NCBI GenBank assembly: GCA_943787795.1
Contig: CALSNU010000001.1
Location: 1,152,001 to 1,216,000, forward strand
Source: an uncultured bacterium
GTDB lineage: Bacteria; Planctomycetota; UBA1135; GCA-002686595
Direction of reading: 5' to 3'
DNA length: 64,000 bases
This document shows positions 60,869-64,000 of the stretch, one piece after another (within the stretch, counting starts at the first letter, position 1; each line of letters opens with the position of its first letter). A model generated the notes under the pieces. The model was not told the origin of the DNA. It saw nothing but the letters and a program-made list of their open reading frames with translations, and made no database searches. A program made the translations under genes and the position numbers.

Positions 60869-61584
60869 CAGGCGCTCCCCTCGACGCCCTCTTCAACGCC
60901 GCCGTTGTCAGCCGCCTCGGCGACCTCCTCGTGGGCCGTGTCTCCCGTGGAGCCGGCCCCGTCCGCGGGAGCCTCATCCGCGGGAGCCTCATCTGCAGGG
61001 GCCTCATCCGCAGGGGCATCGGGCGCTGCAGCGACTCGGACCTGAGCGAACCGGAGGACGGCCTCGCCGATGGTCCAGCCGCCGCGCACGACCTCGACGA
61101 TCGTGCCGGGCTCATGCTCGTCGGTCTCGACAGTGGAGACGGCCTGGTGCCGGCTGGGATCGAAGGCGCCCTCGGCGGTGACGGCCCTGACGTTCATCCT
61201 GTCGAACAGCGCCTGCAGCTGCTGGCGGGTCATCTCGACCCCGACCTTGAGGTTCTTGGCCTCCTCGCTGGTGACCTCGAAGGCGAGCGCCATGTCGAGG
61301 TAGTCGAGGATAGTGACGGCCTCACCGAGGACCTCCGACCGGGCGTTGGCCACGGCCGTGTCGATGTTGGTCTGCGCGTGGCGCCGGTGGTTCTGGAAGT
61401 CGGCCTGGAGCCGCATCCAGCGGTCCACGGCGTCGTCTCTCTCGCGGGCCAGCGTGAGCAGCGGATCCTCGTCCTCGACGACCTCCTCCACGGGGGCGTC
61501 TTGCGCCTCCGTGGAGGGCTCCTCGCTCGCGGGCTCTGCCTTCTTCTCGCTTCTCTTGCTCTTTCCGAATGCCATGGCGGTCAC
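60868..61584 (-). CDS. grpE: Nucleotide exchange factor GrpE
   Basis: RLQADFQNHRR, FDPSRHQAV, GW.IG..VLRFAQV.V; acidic APADE-repeat tail. Confidence 0.93.
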   Translation of the reverse strand: MTAMAFGKSKRSEKKAEPASEEPSTEAQDAPVEEVVEDEDPLLTLARERDDAVDRWMRLQADFQNHRRHAQTNIDTAVANARSEVLGEAVTILDYLDMALAFEVTSEEAKNLKVGVEMTRQQLQALFDRMNVRAVTAEGAFDPSRHQAVSTVETDEHEPGTIVEVVRGGWTIGEAVLRFAQVRVAAAPDAPADEAPADEAPADEAPADGAGSTGDTAHEEVAEAADNGGVEEGVEGSA

Positions 61585-62708
61585 TTGAAGTACTCGGTGA
61601 CGCGATCGAAGAACGACTTACGGCCGCTCGTCTCCCGGTCAATCTCCTGGAACTCCTCGAGCAGCTCGCGCTGCCGGTCGGTGATCTTCTTGGGCACCTC
61701 GCAGAAGACTCGCACGAGCTGGTCCCCGCGGGCGCGGCTGTCCAGGCGAGGCAGCCCTTGGCCGCGAAGGCGGAAGACCTTGCCGCTCTGGGTGCCGGCG
61801 GGCACGGTCATTTCGACCTTGCCGCGCAGGGTGGGGATCTCGATCTTGTCCCCGAGCGCCAGCTGCGAGAAGGCGAAGGGGACCTCGGTCAGGACATCCG
61901 GCCCCGACCGCTGGAAGACGCGGTGCTCCTTCTCACGGATCACGCAGTAGAGGTCGCCTCGCGGGGAGCCGTTCGCTCCGGCGTCGCCCTCGCCGGTGAT
62001 GCGCAGCTGAACACCCTCCTCGACTCCCGCCGGGACCTGGATCTCGACCTCGGTGCGATCTTGGACGTTGCCGCTGCCGCTGCAGGACTGGCAGGGAGAC
62101 TCGATCACCTCTCCGGCCCCGCGGCAGGAGGGGCAGGGGGAGGCCATCTGGAAGAAGCCCGCGCTGCGGGTCACCTGGCCGCTGCCGTTGCACGTCGAGC
62201 AGCGCGACTTGCCGGTACCCTTGCGCGCGCCGGATCCCGAGCAGGTCCCGCAGCCGTCCATGCGCTTGAGCGCGACCGTCTTGGACACGCCCTCGTCGAT
62301 CTCTTCGAGGGTGAGGTCGAGGACAATGCGGAGGTCGCGGCCCCGCTGGGGCCCACGGCGCCGCCCGCCGCCGCCTCCGAACATGCTCCCGAAGCCGCCC
62401 GAGCCACCGAAGATGTCACCGAAGGCCGAGAAGATGTCATCGACGTTGGTGAAGCCGCCCGCTCCGGCCCCGGCCCCCTGATCGAAGGCCTGGTGCCCGA
62501 ACTGGTCGTATCGGGGCCGCTTCTCCGCGTCGCCCACGACGTCATAGGCCTCGGCCGCCTCCTTGAAGCTGGCCTCCGCGTCGGCGTCGTCGGGGTTCTG
62601 ATCGGGGTGGTACTTGAGGGCGAGCTTGCGGTACGCCTTCTTGATGTCACCTGCCGGAGCGTCCTTGGGGACGCCGAGCACCTCGTAGTAGTCGCGCTTC
62701 TGGCTCAT
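61581..62708 (-). CDS. dnaJ: Molecular chaperone DnaJ
   Basis: J domain with HPD, G/F region, four CxxCxGxG zinc motifs. Confidence 0.98.
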   Translation of the reverse strand: MSQKRDYYEVLGVPKDAPAGDIKKAYRKLALKYHPDQNPDDADAEASFKEAAEAYDVVGDAEKRPRYDQFGHQAFDQGAGAGAGGFTNVDDIFSAFGDIFGGSGGFGSMFGGGGGRRRGPQRGRDLRIVLDLTLEEIDEGVSKTVALKRMDGCGTCSGSGARKGTGKSRCSTCNGSGQVTRSAGFFQMASPCPSCRGAGEVIESPCQSCSGSGNVQDRTEVEIQVPAGVEEGVQLRITGEGDAGANGSPRGDLYCVIREKEHRVFQRSGPDVLTEVPFAFSQLALGDKIEIPTLRGKVEMTVPAGTQSGKVFRLRGQGLPRLDSRARGDQLVRVFCEVPKKITDRQRELLEEFQEIDRETSGRKSFFDRVTEYFK

Positions 62709-62758
62709 CGGGGCGATTCGGTCGGGGACGGCTGTGACTGGAGGCGGTGCAAATGGGA

Positions 62759-62796
62759 GCCGGGCGGCGGGACGGGAGTCCGTCCCGCCGCCCGGC
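62759..62796. terminator. Perfect 17-bp stem-loop between groEL and dnaJ
   Basis: GCCGGGCGGCGGGACGG-gagt-CCGTCCCGCCGCCCGGC; no long U-tract. Confidence 0.6.
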
Positions 62797-62828
62797 GCTG
62801 AGGGTCGCGGCCGTGTGGCCGCGAGCGA

Positions 62829-64000
62829 TCAGGCGACCGACCCCTCGATGGAGTGATCGTTCTTGAGGTCCGTGATCATCGAGTCCGTCGTCAGGAGCAG
62901 GCCTGAGATTGACGCGGCGTTCTGCAGCGCGCTGCGCACCACCTTCGCCGGGTCAATGACGCCGGCCTTGAACATGTCCTCGTACTCGCCCGTGAGCGCG
63001 TTGTACCCCGTGGACTTGCCCTTCTCTCGGACCATCTCCGCGACGACCGAACCGTCGACGCCCGCGTTCTCGGCGATCTGCCGGATCGGGGCCTCGAGGG
63101 CGCGCTCGATGATGAGCGCGCCGAACTTCTCGTCGCCCTTGTAGCGGCCCTCGGCCACGGCAGAGGAGGCGCGCAACAGGGCGACTCCGCCGCCCGGCAC
63201 GATGCCCTCTTCGATGGCGGCACGGGTGGCATTGAGGGCGTCCTCGACGCGGTCCTTGCGCTCCTTCATCTCGGCCTCGGTCTTGCCGCCGACCTTGATG
63301 ACGGCGACGCCGCCGGTGAGCTTCGCGAGGCGCTCCTCGAGCTTCTCCTTGTCGTAGTCCGAGGTCGACTTCTCGATCTGGACCCGGATCTGAGCGGCGC
63401 GCTCGGAGACGGCCTTCTTCTTCCCGGAGCCCTGGATGATCGTGGTCGAGTCCTTGGAGACGACGACGCGGCTAGCGTGGCCGAAGTGCTCGGCGGTGAC
63501 GCTCTCCAGGGGCATCCCCAGCTCGTCCGTGATCGCGGTCCCGCCGGTGAGGGCGGCGATGTCCTCGAGGTACGACTTGCGACGCTCGCCGAAGCCGGGC
63601 GCCTTCACGGCGGCGACGTTGAGGACGTTCTTGAGGCGGTTGATGACGAGGGCCGTGAGGGCCTCGCCTTCGATGTCTTCAGCGATGATCAGCAGCGGCT
63701 TACCCGTGCGCATGGCGGCCTCGAGGGCAGGCACCAGCTCGCGGACCGTCGAGATCTTCTTGTTGCAAATGAAGATGTGGACGTCCTCGTACTCAGCGAC
63801 GAGCTTCGAGAGGTCCGTCGCGAAGTAAGGCGAGAGGTAGCCCTTGTCGAACTCCATTCCCTCGACGTGGTCGAGGAGGGTGTCGATGCCCTTGTTCTCC
63901 TCGACGGTGATCACGCCCTCATTGCCAACCTTGTCGAAGGCCTCGGCCAGGAGCTCACCCGTCTCGGGGTCGTTGTTCGCGGAGATCGTCGCGACAGCGG
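62829..64000 (-). CDS. groEL: Chaperonin GroEL, 5' part outside the window
   Basis: [52 protein letters not shown]. Confidence 0.97.
   Translation of the reverse strand, partial: AVATISANNDPETGELLAEAFDKVGNEGVITVEENKGIDTLLDHVEGMEFDKGYLSPYFATDLSKLVAEYEDVHIFICNKKISTVRELVPALEAAMRTGKPLLIIAEDIEGEALTALVINRLKNVLNVAAVKAPGFGERRKSYLEDIAALTGGTAITDELGMPLESVTAEHFGHASRVVVSKDSTTIIQGSGKKKAVSERAAQIRVQIEKSTSDYDKEKLEERLAKLTGGVAVIKVGGKTEAEMKERKDRVEDALNATRAAIEEGIVPGGGVALLRASSAVAEGRYKGDEKFGALIIERALEAPIRQIAENAGVDGSVVAEMVREKGKSTGYNALTGEYEDMFKAGVIDPAKVVRSALQNAASISGLLLTTDSMITDLKNDHSIEGSVA

Noticed and set aside
62709..62828. CIRCE/HrcA operator before dnaJ
   Set aside because: The inverted repeat here is GC-rich and does not match TTAGCACTC-N9-GAGTGCTAA.

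Overview
High-GC bacterial chromosomal DNA, densely coding, most likely from a Planctomycetota lineage (inferred from the DUF1592/DUF1552 pair, sulfatase, exported prenyltransferase-repeat and HEAT proteins, pyrG-DUF1844 and groEL-dnaJ-grpE order). It holds about 47 CDS and one tRNA-Thr(CGT); no CRISPR array, rRNA, prophage or IS element is visible. Most genes are housekeeping or envelope-related (mutS2, metG, pyrG, thrB, anmK, lpxB, trkAH, grpE/dnaJ/groEL). The most striking locus is a five-gene small-GTPase operon at 10349-14446. Its MglA-type GTPase carries a long Pro/Ala linker and a C-terminal membrane anchor, and it is accompanied by a canonical MglB, two further roadblock-domain proteins (one TPR-fused) and a membrane coiled-coil protein. 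The operon is flanked by a 1200-aa Ig-repeat lipoprotein and a histone-H1-like protein. Other oddities are a patatin-ferredoxin fusion, an Smr-less MutS2, an exported HEAT protein with a pseudo-receiver domain, a stand-alone HisC C-terminal-like domain, widespread apparent leaderless promoters, and many unrelated 13-18 bp tandem arrays at gene boundaries. All family calls come from motif recognition by eye, without database searches.
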